Source of the DNA: Eledone cirrhosa
Lineage: Eukaryota
Direction: 5' to 3'
Assembly: GCA_964016885.1 (NCBI GenBank)
Contig: OZ024762.1
Location: 11,842,001-11,906,000, forward strand
Length of the DNA stretch: 64,000 nt
Shown here: one piece after another, positions 13,069-26,384 of the stretch
Layout of the letters: each line of letters begins with the position of its first letter
Numbering within the stretch: position 1 is the stretch's first letter
Made by a program: the position numbers and the translations under genes
Notes under the pieces: model-generated
The model's database searches: none
The model's input: only the letters and a program-made list of their open reading frames with translations
What the model was told of the DNA's origin: nothing

Positions 13069-13771
13069 GTACATGTGTATGCGTTTTGAATTTTCCTCAA
13101 AACGCAGAATTGTTTCAAATGAGTACTCAATACAAACTAGTAGAGAACGTATGTATGTATGTATGTATGTATGTATGTATATATACACCATCATACACAA
13201 ACATATATATATATATATATATATATATACAAACACAGACACACACACAAACATATATACACACAAACACATATACACAAACACACACATATATATATAC
13301 ACACAAACACACACATACATATATACACATATATATATATATATATATACACAACAAGCAGTGAATATATACATATATACACATATATACACAACAAGCA
13401 GTGAAATGTTAGCAAGTGACTGGAGCCAGCTTTGATAGTTCCAGTCAACAGCCTAGCAGCTAAAAATAAAACTGTACAGTCATTTTCAAATGAAAACCTT
13501 CATGTCAAAAGACATGGAAAAAAATAAATAAAAGAAAACAAATTTAAATAAATATGATATTAAAATAACAGCAACAACAACAACAAATATTTCAAATCTG
13601 TCATTTTCCTATTTACATCAAAACCAAAATTTTCAATACTACCTCAATGTCTAACACCCTCTCTACCACATGAAACAGCAAGATGTTCTTGAAAAGTACA
13701 AAAATCAGAACTACAATTTTTAGTCTGATGCAGTCATAGTGCTGTTTTGTACTTTCCCAAGGCCTTGTTAA

Positions 13772-13991
13772 CCCTTTAGTATTTACATTACTCTATATTT
13801 ACTATTATATTTTCATGGTAAAGGCTTTATCTTACATAATTATCTCATATAGTATCGAATCTGAGATTTTGATATTGTTTATTTTGAGAACAATACCTTA
13901 ACATCAAGTATGAGCGGCCAGTTATGGCTGGTTAGAACAGAAAGAGGTGAGAGAATTCTGGTCAGATATGGCCGGTTTAAATACTAAAGGG
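13772..13991. mobile_element. piggyBac-like MITE (family A)
   Basis: TTAA-CCCTTTAGTATTTA ... TAAATACTAAAGGG-TTAA; perfect 14-bp TIR. Confidence 0.85.
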
Positions 13992-14139
13992 TTAATGTTG
14001 TTAATGTTGTTTGATGCGGTTTATGATACTATACACCAATCATGGACAAACTGAGGGCCTCGCGTGCCACATGTGGCTCATTTGGCTTTCTGAATGGCAT
14101 GCCTAATTTCAAAATTGCCTTGAATTTTCTAAGCACATG

Positions 14140-14607
14140 AGCTCCAATACTATGGACATGTGGTTAGAATGTCTCAGGAAAGAATCACTGAACAGATTTG
14201 TAGCTCTGAAATCAGAGAGTCACTTCAGGTAGAGCTGCTACTTCTCCGAATTGAGAGATCACAGCTCCGATACTTTGGACATGTGGTTAGAATGTCTCAG
14301 GAAAGAATCACTGGAGAGATCTGTAGCTCAGAGATCAGAGAGTCACTTCAGGTAGAGCTGCTGCTAGTCCGAATTGAGAGATCACAGCTCCGATACTTCG
14401 GACATGTGGTTAGAATGTCTCAGGAAAGAATCGCTGGACAGATCTGTAGCTCAGAGATCAGAGAGTCACTTCAGGTAGAGCTGCTGCTAGTCCGAATTGA
14501 GAGATCACAGCTCCGATACTTCGGACATGTGGTTAGAATGTCTCAGGAAAGAATCGCTGGACAGATCTGTAGCTCAGAATTGAGAGATCACAGCTCTGAT
14601 ACTATGG
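14140..14607 (+). repeat. 123-bp tandem repeat derived from an RTE LINE ORF C-terminus (~3.8 copies)
   Basis: Unit encodes MSQERIxxQICSSEIRESLQVELLLxRIERSQLRYFGHVVR, an RTE-type (W/Y)FGHVxRM motif; units at 14141, 14264, 14387, 14510. Confidence 0.85.
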
Positions 14608-14829
14608 GGTAACTCCACATTCCCCACAGCTCCTGAACTCCCAAACTGGAGCCTTGTCACTTTTGATAGCAAACTGCCCCTGTTTCTACTTTATAAAACT
14701 GTTTTAAAATCTATCTAAAAACGATCCATCATAATTTTACATAATAACCTTTATTAAGTTATGTTCCATATGCACATAACTTAATAACATTAATAAACAC
14801 CAAATGAAGAATGAATAATTCTTCCAAAT

Positions 14830-15045
14830 TGATGAAAGGCAAAGCTAACCTCTGGTGGATTTGAACTCAGAGCGTAAAGGGCCATAACTCTATTCTGCAA
14901 AGCATGATGTCCAACGCTCTACCGATACTGCCAATCCATCGAATAATGATGGTTCTAATTTAGGCAGAAGGCCAACAATTTGGAGGGAGGGAGGAAATTG
15001 AGTAAATTAACTCCAGTGCATTACTGGTACTTTATTTTATTTTTT
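14830..15045 (-). mobile_element. SINE family B fragments
   Basis: Reverse complement of the head (14830-14942) and 3' body (14950-15045) of 6318-6525. Confidence 0.7.
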
Positions 15046-15949
15046 GGAGTTCTACCTGTTTGGGAAATCACTTGGTTTGGTAACATATGTTGACTCTGAA
15101 ACAGTTGGATTGTCCTAGTTAACCTCTTGCACCACATGAAACCACATTAGCAAGAAAGGCACTTTTGAACAAATATAAAACATCATGGTGACTGCATCAC
15201 ATCAACGCATCTTGATAACAACCTGACAACTCGTCCAAAAGTAGAACTACAACATTTTCAACAACAAAAAACAAAACAAACCTTCTTCTAGATTACCACA
15301 AAAACAGTTTGAGAGATATGCTGTTACCCGTTGCCTAAAAAAGCGAACAGCATTGGAAGATCTTCCACAGACTGTGAAACACTGTATCTCACGTTAAACA
15401 GAACTTACATTAAAACTTCAACGATTACCAGCACGTACTGATGCTAAACTAGACAAGCCCCTCGTGTGGCTGACAAACATGCACACACACTAAAAAAACA
15501 TTGCATCTTGTTACAGCTAGCATGGAGTAAATAAATAATTTTGTGAATTTGGAGCAGTATATTTTTACAATAAGATACCAGCGACGATGTTGGATATTAA
15601 AAATGTGTCAGTTTTATATCTCTGCACCATTTTCTGTCTGTCTGCACAATTTACTAACTCTAGCTTTAGTGCCCATACTGTCATTTAAACAGATGCTGTT
15701 GTTGTTGTTGTTACAGCTCATATCTACATAGGTTTGGCTCACTTCCTTCCTATAAGATTGCATCTCACAGGAGGTTTTGTGGGTGTTTTAATAACCCCAC
15801 TACTACCTTGCAGCCTCATCATGCCATAATTTTTTGCAGTGACAGGAGGCAGGATTTTGAACTCAGAACTCACAGATATCACAAGACACCCTGTCTGCCG
15901 TTCTAACTTCTACTTCTCCCATTTATTCCTGAGAGGGTCATGTGAGACA

Positions 15950-16616
15950 GAGTCGTTAAACACTCCTTCCAGGTCCTGTTAGAAGCAACCGTCTCCTACT
16001 GATCTGGCTGGATACCCAAGTGAGACCAGCCAAGCTCATGGATGATATCCAACCATCTACTCCTGGGTCTCCTGCTGGTTGGTTTTGCCTGTAAAAGCTC
16101 TCCAGTAATTCTTTCCTGAGACATTCTAACCACATACCCATAGTATAAGAGCTGTGATCTCTCAATCTGGAGAAGTAGCAGCTCTACTTGGAGTGACTCT
16201 CTCATCTCTGAGCTACAAATCTGTTCAGTGATTCTTTCCTGAGATATTCTAACCACATACCCATAGTATAAGAGCTGTGATCTCTCAATTTGGAGAAGTA
16301 GCAGCTCTACCTGGAGTGACTCTCTCATCTCTAAGCTACAAATCTGCCCAGCAATTCTTTCCTGAGACATTATAACCACATACCCATAGTACAAGAGCTG
16401 TGATCTCTCAGTTTGGAGAAGTAGCAGCTCTACCTGGAGTGACTCTCTCATCTCCGAGCTGCAAATCTGTTCAGTGATTCTTTCCTGAGACATTCTAACC
16501 ACATACCCATAGTATAAGAGCTGTGATCTCTCAGTTTGGAGAAGTAGCAGCTCTACCTGGAGTGACTCTCTCATCTCCGAGCTGCAAATCTGTTCAGCGA
16601 TTCTTTCCTGAGACAT
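15950..16616 (-). mobile_element. RTE LINE 3' fragment with a 4x 123-bp internal tandem amplification
   Basis: Same 41-aa unit as 14140-14607, followed by the RTE-like C-terminus GELLQAKPTSRRPRSRWLDIIHELGW. Confidence 0.8.
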
Positions 16617-17171
16617 TATAACTGGTTCTTTATTTTCTCAACTCCATAAGGACGAAGGGCAAAGCTAGCTTTGGCAGGATATGAACTCAGAACATAAATG
16701 ACTGACACTACTACTACGACCACAACTACTACTACTACGACCACCATCACTACTACTACTACCACCACCCCCACCATCGCCACTACTACTACTACCACCA
16801 CCATCACCACTACCACTACCAACACTACTACACGAGTAGTGACATAGTTTTTAACATTTCTGTTTAATGTTCTTGAAATGAAAAATGCCAATCACCTCAT
16901 TGGAATAATGCTAGCTAAAGGTCTTTCCAGTCTAATTTGTTGAATGAGAAAGGGTGAGAGGTGTGTAGAGAGGTGTGTGGGGTGTGTGGATGTGTGCAGG
17001 GTGTGTGGAGGTGAATCGCTGTATATTGTTATAGACCATTCACAAATATCATTTCATTCAGAAAATAATAATTATCTCATCTTGTGAGTGAAATTGGGTA
17101 GACAGAAACTGTTTGGAAGCCCGTCGGATGGACTACTGTAGCTGTAATTCAATGGGATAAGTACTAGCTTG

Positions 17172-18232
17172 ATGATTAGAAATATGGTAATGAAATGGTT
17201 AAAGACATAGGTAGTGTCTTTCATTAGAAATATGGTAATGAAAGGGTTATTGACATAGACAGTGTCTTTCATTAGAAATATGGTAATGAAAGGGTTAATG
17301 ACATAGACTGTCTTTCATTAGCAATATGGTAATGAAAGGGTTAAAGACATAGTCAGTGTCTTTCATTAGAAATATGGTAATGAAAGGGTTAATGAAATAG
17401 ACAGTGTCTTTCATTAGAAATATGGTAATGAAAGGTTTAAAGACATAGGTAGTGCCTTTCATTAGAGATATGGTAATGAAAGGGTTAATGACATAGACAG
17501 TGTCTTTCATTAGAAATATGGTAATGCAAGGCTTAATGACATAGACAGTGTCTTTCATTAAAAATATGGTAATGACAGGGTTAATGACATAGACAGTGTC
17601 TTTCATTAGAAATATGGTAATGACAGGGTTAATGACATAGACAATGTCTTTCATTAGTAATATGGTAATGACAGGGTTAATGACATAGTCAGTGTCTTTC
17701 ATTAGAAATATGGTAATGACAGGGTTAATGACAGACAGTGTCTTTCATTAGAAATATGGCAATGAAAGGGTTAATGACATAGACAGTGTCTTTCATTAGT
17801 AATATGGTAATGACAGGGTTAATGACATAGTCAGTGTCTTTCATTAGTAATATGGTAATGAAAGGGTTAATGACATAGACAGTGTCTTTCATTAGTAATA
17901 TAGAAATGAAAGGGTTAATGACATAGACAGTGTCTTTCATTAGAAATATGGTAATGAAAGGGTTAAAGACATAGACAGTGTCTTTCATTAGAAATATGGT
18001 AATGAAAGGGTTAATGACATAGGTAGTGTCTTTCATTAGAAATATGGTAATGAAAGGGTTAAAGACATAGGCAGTGCCTTTCATTAGAGATATGGTAATG
18101 AAAGGGTTAAACCATAGGGGACATTGTCTTTCATTAAAAATATGGAAACAAAAGGGTTAAACTACAGACAATGTCTTTCATTAGAAATATGGTAACAAAA
18201 GGGTTTCATTAGAAATTGGGTAAGAAAGGGGT
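17172..18232. repeat. 48-bp minisatellite (~21 copies) made from the end of MITE family B
   Basis: TCATTAGAAATATGGTAATGAAAGGGTTAATGACATAGACAGTGTCTT; the same end occurs singly at 21615-21644 and 26467-26496. Confidence 0.9.
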
Positions 18233-18890
18233 TGACTGTGGGAGCTGTATTGTTTGTGCCACTCTACACAATTGGATTCCATTAACCATTCATTTTGAAG
18301 CCCTTCTCTATGGTGCCACTTCAATAAAGTTACCATTATTGATATTTTTCTGTTGTTCCTTCAGCATCACCATTATCATCATCACCACCACCACCACCAC
18401 CACCACCATTATCCTTATAATCATTATCATCACCATCATCATCATCACTATTATCATCAGCATCATCATCATCATAATTATCTTCAATATCATCATAACC
18501 ACTATCATCATAATCATTATCACTATTATCATCATCGCCGTCATCACCATTACCATCATCATTATCACCATCACCACCATCATTATTATTGCCACCATCA
18601 TCATCATTATAATTAAATAAAGACATTAAGAAATCTATTTCATCTCAACACCAAAATGGAAGCAATTCTTCCTGTTTCTATATTTCCAACCAAAATCATC
18701 CTGACCCCTCTTACCCTAGAAAACCCACAAAACCCCTCGCTAAACATAGAAAACCCTATGAAACCCACCAAACTCCAACATCACTAAAATTAAACAACAT
18801 ATAACACCCTTTTTTTTGTTCTGGGTTTATGTACACACACACACACATATATATACATATATATATATACACACACACACATATATATAC

Positions 18891-18921
<31 letters not shown>

Positions 18922-18930
18922 TATATATAC

Positions 18931-18963
<33 letters not shown>

Positions 18964-19071
18964 TATATATGCACACACACACACATATATATATACGCAC
19001 ACACATATATACGCACACACATATATATACATACACACACACATATATATACGCACACACACACATATACG

Positions 19072-19171
<100 letters not shown>

Positions 19172-19178
19172 CACATAT

Positions 19179-19236
<58 letters not shown>

Positions 19237-19242
19237 CATATA

Positions 19243-19313
19243 CAGGGTGCCCCCCAAAAATGTGTACATACTTTGATTAGAATGTTGTTGAAGTGTGTAT
19301 ACATTTTTTGGGA

Positions 19314-19320
<7 letters not shown>
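19243..19320. mobile_element. 78-bp Tc1/mariner-like MITE
   Basis: TA-CAGGGTG...CATTCTG-TA; homologous to 11522-11599. Confidence 0.75.
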
Positions 19321-19382
<62 letters not shown>

Positions 19383-20159
19383 TATACACACATTGTTGCT
19401 TAAATTAAGCAAAGATCAATAAGCCCCCCCCCCCCCCCCCTCTACAATAACAAACAGTTCAACAAAGGGGAGCTGCTCCCTACACCAGAGCCCCCCCCCC
19501 TCATTTCTCTACAGAAATTTGTTATAAAAGAGAGGGGGGGGGCTGTATTTCAAATGTTGATACCTTAATACTTGTGATGATGATGATGATGATGATGAGT
19601 GTAGCTATCACCACACACACATACATATAGATATATAGATATATATACACACATACATACACACATATACATACACACATACATACATATACATGTAGAT
19701 ATATATATAAATACACACATACACATACATATACATGTAGATACATATATATATACACACACATACATATACATGTAGATACATATATATATACACACAC
19801 ATACATGTACATGTAGATCCACATATATATACAGATACATACATACACACATATACATATACACATACATAAATACACACATATACATGTAGATACATAT
19901 ATATATACACACACATATATATACAGATACATACATACATAAACACACATACATACACACACACATATACACATGAATAAAAAAGCTTCACCACCGCCGC
20001 CACCACCACAGCCACTAAAACCCCACAGAAAGATGGTAGAGAGTGGGAGAGAGAGAGGGAGGGAGAGAGAGAGGAAAACAGACAGACAAAGAGACAAAGA
20101 GAGGGGGGGATCCAATTTTAACCTAAATCTCTAGTAATCCATAACAGGAATAAAATATC

Positions 20160-20970
20160 ATGGTGGCAGTGGATTGGTGTGGTGGTGGTAGTGGTGGTGT
20201 TTATAGTGGTGGTGATAGTGGTGGTAGTGGTGGTGATAGTGGTGGTGGTGGTGGTGATAGTGGTGGTGGTGGTGGTGGTGGTGGTGGTAGTGGTGGTGGT
20301 AGTGGTGGTGTTAATGGTGGTGGTGGTGTTAGTGGTGGTAGTGGTGGTGTTAGTGGTAGTGGTGTTAGTGGTGGTGGTAGTGGTGGTGTTAGTGGTAGTG
20401 GTGGTGGTGGCGGTGGTGGTGGTGGTGGTAGTGGTGGTGGTAGTGGTGGTGATAGTGGTGGTGATAGTGGTGGTGGTGTTAATGGTGGTGGTGGTGTTAG
20501 TGGTGGTGTTAGTGGTGGTGTTAGTGGTGGTAGTGGTGTTAGTGGTGGTGGTGGTGGTAGTGGTGGTGGTGGTGGTAGTAGTGGTGGTGTTAGTGGTGGT
20601 GGTGGTGGTGGTAGTGGTGGTGGATTGGTGGAATATTGTGTCTCGGTGGTGTTAGTGGTGGTGGTGGTGGTAGTGGTGGTGGTGCTATGTGTGTACACAC
20701 ACAAATACTGCTATAACCACTACCACTGGAACTAGCAGTTGAAATGGCAAGAGCTCAGCTGTCGGGTCCCGACTCTTTATAATAGTGTGTGTACTATTAC
20801 AACTATCAAAACAATAACTACTACCATCACCACCACTACTATTACTACTACTACTACCACTACCACTTCTACTACTACTACCACTACCACTTCTACTACC
20901 ACTACTACTACCACCACCACCACCACTACGACTACCACCACCACCACTACTACTACCACTACTACTACAA
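20160..20970. repeat. (GGT)n and (ACT/ACC)n tracts flanking a short Penelope-like fragment (20727-20785)
   Basis: Triplet repeats; the central GAAATGGCAAGAGCTCAGCTGTCGGG matches 23438-23465. Confidence 0.8.
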
Positions 20971-21181
20971 ACTAGAAATATAAAAAAAAACAAGTTGATT
21001 CGTGTTTACATTTTGCAACATGAATTGGCAGAGTGGTGGTGGGAGGGAAGATAGTGTAGTGGGAGGAGAGAGAGGGGGAGCTATTCATTTGTCCAGTTTA
21101 AAGTCCCCACTTTGTTACAGGTATTGAAGAGACCTTGACCTCCCACCCAGGGAGAGCCTGGCCCTGAAAAGAATAATAGGT

Positions 21182-22230
21182 ATTAACCCTTTGTTCTCTA
21201 TGTAAACAATACCTAAAGATCAAGTAAAATATAATTATCCCTTTTATTACCATATTTCTAAAGAAAGAAACTGCTTGTCTGGACCATAACTTAACCCAGT
21301 CAAAACCAGCTCTGGTTCTATGAAATAAAACCACCAATTTTAAAGGATTCCAATTTAAATTAAAATCTTCCAACATAATTGTATATAAGAACCCTACATT
21401 AAGTTACTATCTTAGTAATGAAATAATTAATAATTTTAGTAAATCCCTTAAAATTCTTTATCAATTAATTAAAGTCTGAGTTCAAATCCCGCCGAGGTTA
21501 ACTTTGCCTTTCATCCTTACGGGGTCGATAAAATAAAGTACCAGTAATGTACTGGGTAATTGCTGGCCTTGTGCCTAAAGTAGAAACAATTAATTAATTA
21601 AAATAGAGTATATTTCATTAGAAATGTGGTCATGAAAGGGTTAAAAAGGGTTCTTACATAAAATTATGGTGGAAGGTTTTTCATTATGATATTTCTAATG
21701 AAAGACACCTCTTGTCTGAGCCATAACTTAACAAAGGTTCTTACATAAAGTTATGATGGAAAGTTTTTCATTACCATATTTCTAATGAAAGACACTGCCT
21801 ATAAATTTTGAATAATTTTAACAGCCAAAAATTTATTCATTATTAAATTGGTGTCTGGAACATAACATAACAAAGGTTCTTACAAAAAATGATGATGGAA
21901 GGTTTTACATAATGAAATAAATTTCATATAATTTTCATAATATCCAAGAATTTTAAAGGATTTACTAATATAACTAACTCATTAAGTTGGTGGTTGGAAC
22001 ATAACTTATATCATATATCTACTGAGAGACACAGGCTAGAAATGTTTAATTTGGAGGGATTTAGTAATATAACTATTAACATAATCATTATTACGCTGTT
22101 GGTTGGAACATAACTTAACAAAGGTTCTTACATAAAATTATGACGGCAGGTCTTGAGATAAACAGACACATCAAACCAAACATACTTCCGTATCATAGAA
22201 CGAGAGGCAGTTTCGTATTAAAGGGTTAAA
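21182..22230. mobile_element. cluster of piggyBac-like MITE family B copies/fragments with a nested SINE B (21473-21597)
   Basis: TTAACCCTTT / AAAGGGTTAA ends, repeated CATAACTTAACAAAGGTTCTTACATAAA; the SINE is flanked by AATTAATTAAA on both sides. Confidence 0.65.
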
Positions 22231-22692
22231 ATTTCCCTATAATATTATGTCTGTCCTTCTCTCCTATATCACACACCACAAAAATGTGTGGAATTAGGGG
22301 ATAAGGTAGGGGTAGAATACCATTCCCATTCCAATGAATGCTTTAGGGAGGTTTAGGGCTATAAAATCAATGCCTTAAAAATGCATTTTTGGAAAGGGGG
22401 GAAGGTGAAGATAGAATATTAAGAAATGCTTTTTGTTTGTTAACTTCTTTGTTATTTTGGGGGGTTTTGGGGGGTTTTTTTTGCATATTATAAAATTTTA
22501 CACGGGTTCTCGACAAAGTGTGGAGCACTCAATACATGTAAAGTCGGTAATGTAATTATTGAAAAAGGTTACTCTTTAACTATTGTTCCATTCTGTCAAT
22601 TACTCAGCTTCCATTTGTCAAGCTGTCATCAGTTGGTATTTGAAGAAAAGAAGCAAAAATTATGCATCTATCTTTCTATCTGTGTATGTGTA

Positions 22693-22808
<116 letters not shown>

Positions 22809-22885
22809 TGTGTCTGTGTCTGTGTGTCGTTATCATTTAATGCTCATTTTTCTATGTTGGCATGGACTGGACTAATGTGTGTGTA

Positions 22886-22938
<53 letters not shown>

Positions 22939-23086
22939 TTAGAAATAAAAAGCAAGCACAAACAAGGGACAGTCGCCTCTTCAGTTGTCTGCTGGAGGTC
23001 ACCAACATTTCAAATATCTATCTATCTATCTCTCTCTCTATATATATATATATGAGAAAAACCACAGACCCTCCATCTCAACTCTA

Positions 23087-23122
23087 CTTTTGAAAAGCAG
23101 AAGAACTGCGAAACCGGTAAAG
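23087..23122 (+). ncRNA. decayed minimal hammerhead
   Basis: CTT-TTGAAAA (for CTGANGA)-GCAG(aagaa)CTGC-GAAA-CCGG-TA-AAG; palindromic stem III tetramer, core mutated. Confidence 0.5.
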
Positions 23123-23363
23123 GAACCAAATAAATATATATATTTTAAAAAAAATAAGACTCCAGTTGCATTTTCGATTTCATCTTTTTTTCTTTATACT
23201 TTTACTCGTGTAGGACACCTCGGTTATTTTTCATTTTGTAAAAAAAACCTCACTTTCTAATATATATATATATATACATATATATAACAAAGGAATTGTG
23301 GTAAGGAACCAGATGGACCATAACGCACCAGAGTAATCAATACTTAGGGTAGTAGAGTGGGAA

Positions 23364-23477
23364 ATAGGAAAAACTATGACCCCGACGGCAGAGCTCAAGC
23401 CGTTTCGATGGCTATTTCTAGTCCAGAAATAGCCGTCGAAACGGCTTGAGCTCTGCCGTCGGGGTCATAGTTTTTCC

Positions 23478-23480
<3 letters not shown>
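23364..23480. repeat. near-perfect 117-bp palindrome containing a hammerhead 3' half
   Basis: 56-bp arms (one G-T pair) around the loop AGTCC; GAAA-CGGC(ttgagctct)GCCG-TC on both strands. Confidence 0.95.
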
Positions 23481-23530
<50 letters not shown>

Positions 23531-24085
23531 AAACAGATAGATAGACATATAGTCTATATTATATACATAGATGCCAATAAAAATTTGGTTTTTCACACAA
23601 CACTGGCAGAGAATAGGCACCACCTACACACACACAACAATGTAACACACACAACGATGTACCACACACATGCATTTTCAAATATTTTCCATGTAAAGAT
23701 AAGCTGAATATTTTTATTGTTTGGAGATAATAAAACTGTATGTGTATGTGTATATATGTATGTGTATCAGTATATGTGTATATATGTGTGTGTGTGTCTA
23801 TGTGCGTGTATGTGTGAGTATGTATGAGTATGTATGTATATATGTGTGTGTCTATGTATGTCTGTATGTCTATGTATGTATATTTGTGTGTGTCTGTATG
23901 TTTATATGAATGTCTATGTATGAAAGTATGTATAAATATGTACATCTATATGTAGATCTGTATGTGTGTGTGTATGTATGTATGTGTACATCTATATGTT
24001 GATGTGTGTGTGTGTGTATGAGTATGTATGTATGTATACATCTATATGTAGATCTCTATGTGTGTGTATGTATGTATGTGTACAT

Positions 24086-24690
24086 TATGTCAGGTCACCA
24101 CTTGGTGCTACTGGTAACATGTATCCCAGTACAACCTGTCTCATGGTCGGGTCGTTGGCGACTAAACTGGCAACCCCACCAAGTTTTCTTGGTGAGGAGG
24201 GTGACTTTGGACATCCTGCAGGACTAAAAACAAAACCTGTCAAAGAGCAAAGGACCTCTTAAGAGTCAATGGCCATCCAAAATCACTGGGAGAGATGACC
24301 CCTTAGCCTTTGTCAAGGCAGAATTCTAGAAGGAAAACTCTGATATAACACCAGCAACCCTGATGGTATCCAATGATGTTGACTTGTTCTTCTTTTTGGT
24401 AAATATCATCTTGGTTAAGAGAGTGGGACTGGCTTTGTGCAGTGCCTTTGCTCACTATAAAAGCTTCACGGCACAGGCATTGCTTTATATCTGGAGATCT
24501 CTCTGCACTTGTCGTCACATGGTACCATGGGCCCAGCACTATGTGTCAATAATTGTCACAAGTATAGTGTTTGTACGAGAGTTTTCAAGTCGCTGGCTGG
24601 ACTAAAAAGTCACACTCGTTCAGCACATCGGTAGGGGTTCTACATGGATATAAAGTAGTGGCCGTACTCGAAAACGAGTTGGCAGCCACC
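24086..24690 (+). mobile_element. bipartite (internally deleted) non-autonomous RTE element
   Basis: 10-bp TSD ATGTGTACAT (24076-24085 and 24691-24700); the 3' part encodes a zinc-finger-like end YSVCTRVFKSLAGLKSHTRSAHR*, followed by the hairpin ACTCG-AAAA-CGAGT. Confidence 0.7.
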
Positions 24691-25011
24691 ATGTGTACAT
24701 CTATATGTAGATCTGTGTGTGTATGTATGTATGTATATGTACATCTGCATGTAGATCTGTGTGTGTATGTGTGTATGTATATGTATATCTATATGTAGAT
24801 CTGTGTGTGTGTGTGTTTATGTATGTGTACATCTGTATGTATGTATGTAAGTATGTATGTATGTATGTGTACATCTATATGTAGATCTGTGTGTATGTAT
24901 GTATGTATATGTACATCTATATGTAGATCTGTGTGTATGTATGTATGTATATGTACATCTATATGTAGATCTGTGTGTGTGTGTGTGTGTGTGTTTATGT
25001 ATGTGTACATC

Positions 25012-25043
<32 letters not shown>

Positions 25044-25199
25044 TGTGTACATCTATATGTAGATCTGTGTGTGTATGTATGTAAGTATACATATGTACAT
25101 CTATATGTAGATCTGTGTGTGTATGTATGTATGTAAGTATACATATGTACATCTATATGTAGATCTGTGTGTGTGTGTGTGTTTATGTATGTGTACATC

Positions 25200-25231
<32 letters not shown>

Positions 25232-25341
25232 TGTGTACATCTATATGAAGATCTGTGTGTGTATGTATGTATGTAAGTATACATATGTACATCTATATGT
25301 AGATCTGTGTGTGTGTGTGTGTGTTTATGTATGTGTACATC

Positions 25342-25373
<32 letters not shown>

Positions 25374-25475
25374 TGTATGTATGTATGTGTACATCTATAT
25401 GTAGATCTGTGTGTGTATGTATGTATGTAAGTATACATATGTACATCTATATGTAGATCTGTGTGTGTGTGAGTG
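24691..25475. repeat. minisatellite GTACATCTATATGTAGATCT interspersed with (GT)/(GTAT)n
   Basis: Unit recurs from ~23940 and continues after the insertion at 24086-24690. Confidence 0.85.
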
Positions 25476-25734
25476 TGTATTTTGCAGGTGCTGATATTAT
25501 TTTAAAGACCCAGTGAAAGTGGTTTTAATGTTGCCCGACAATAGAGAGGAGAGGGGGAAGAGGAGAGGGGGGTTAGATAGGACAATGACACAAGGACACA
25601 AGAACACTGGTAGAATCAAAGAAAAACACATAGATTAACAGTTTACCATATTTGGCATTGCCAATTCTAAACTGCTTGAAACCTTGCCAGAATCTACTTA
25701 GCCTTAACAGCTTAGGAGACCAGTCCAACACATG

Positions 25735-25880
25735 CACAGTAGTAATAAGTTTAATGAGGGATTCAATGTGTAGGTATGAGTATATCGGGGCTCAGTCCTT
25801 AGCCCACTCCTGTTTATTATAGTTCTCCAGGCCATAACTGAGGAGTTTAGACTGTCCATGGAAACTTCTATATGATAATG
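25735..25880 (+). pseudogene. degenerate RTE reverse-transcriptase fragment
   Basis: GSVLSPLLFIIVLQAITEEF, homologous to 41775-41835. Confidence 0.8.
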
Positions 25881-26046
25881 AAATGGTTAAAGAACAAGAA
25901 CAACTTTCCATCATAATTTTATGTAAGACCTCTGTTAAGTTATGTTCCAAACATCAGCTTAACAACTAGAAAATTAGTTATTTGAAAAACCTAGGCAGTA
26001 TATTTCAGTAGAAATATGGTAACAAGTGTTCCAAACATCAACTTAA

Positions 26047-26384
26047 CCCTTTAACATTTACATTATTCTATATATACTATTGTATTTTCACAGTAAAGGC
26101 TTTACCTCACATAACATTTACATTACTCTATATATACTATTGTATTTTCACAGTAAAGACTTTACCTCACATAATATCTCCCATAACATTTACATTACTC
26201 TATATATACTATTGTATTTTCACAGTAAAGGCTTTACCTCACATAATATGGAATCTAAGATTTTGATATTATTTATTTTGAGAACAATACATTAAAATCA
26301 GTATGAGTGGCTAGTTATGGCCAGTTTCAACAGAAAGAGGTGTGAGAATTCTGGCCGGATATGGCCGGTTTAAATGCTAAAGGG
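26047..26384. mobile_element. piggyBac-like MITE (family A) with an internal tandem duplication
   Basis: TTAA-CCCTTTAACATTTA...TAAATGCTAAAGGG-TTAA; three ~60-bp internal units. Confidence 0.85.

Noticed and set aside
15327-15471. Minus-strand exon candidates (cacag|...|gtaaca and gtcag|...|gtaagt)
   Set aside because: One has stops in all frames, the implied intron is only ~40 nt, and there is no homology.
17072-17160. Apparent unique coding-like segment YSSPSDGLPNSFCL
   Set aside because: Similar to 50855-50900 and 29745-29810, so it is a SINE-like repeat fragment.
21098-21165. Minus-strand acceptor tattcttttcag followed by a short ORF
   Set aside because: No good donor and it abuts a MITE; it could be a terminal exon but is unsupported.
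22595-22640. Hammerhead-like CTGATGA on the minus strand (also 35975-36005 and 22960-22995)
   Set aside because: GAAA or the stems are missing or mismatched; too degenerate to call.
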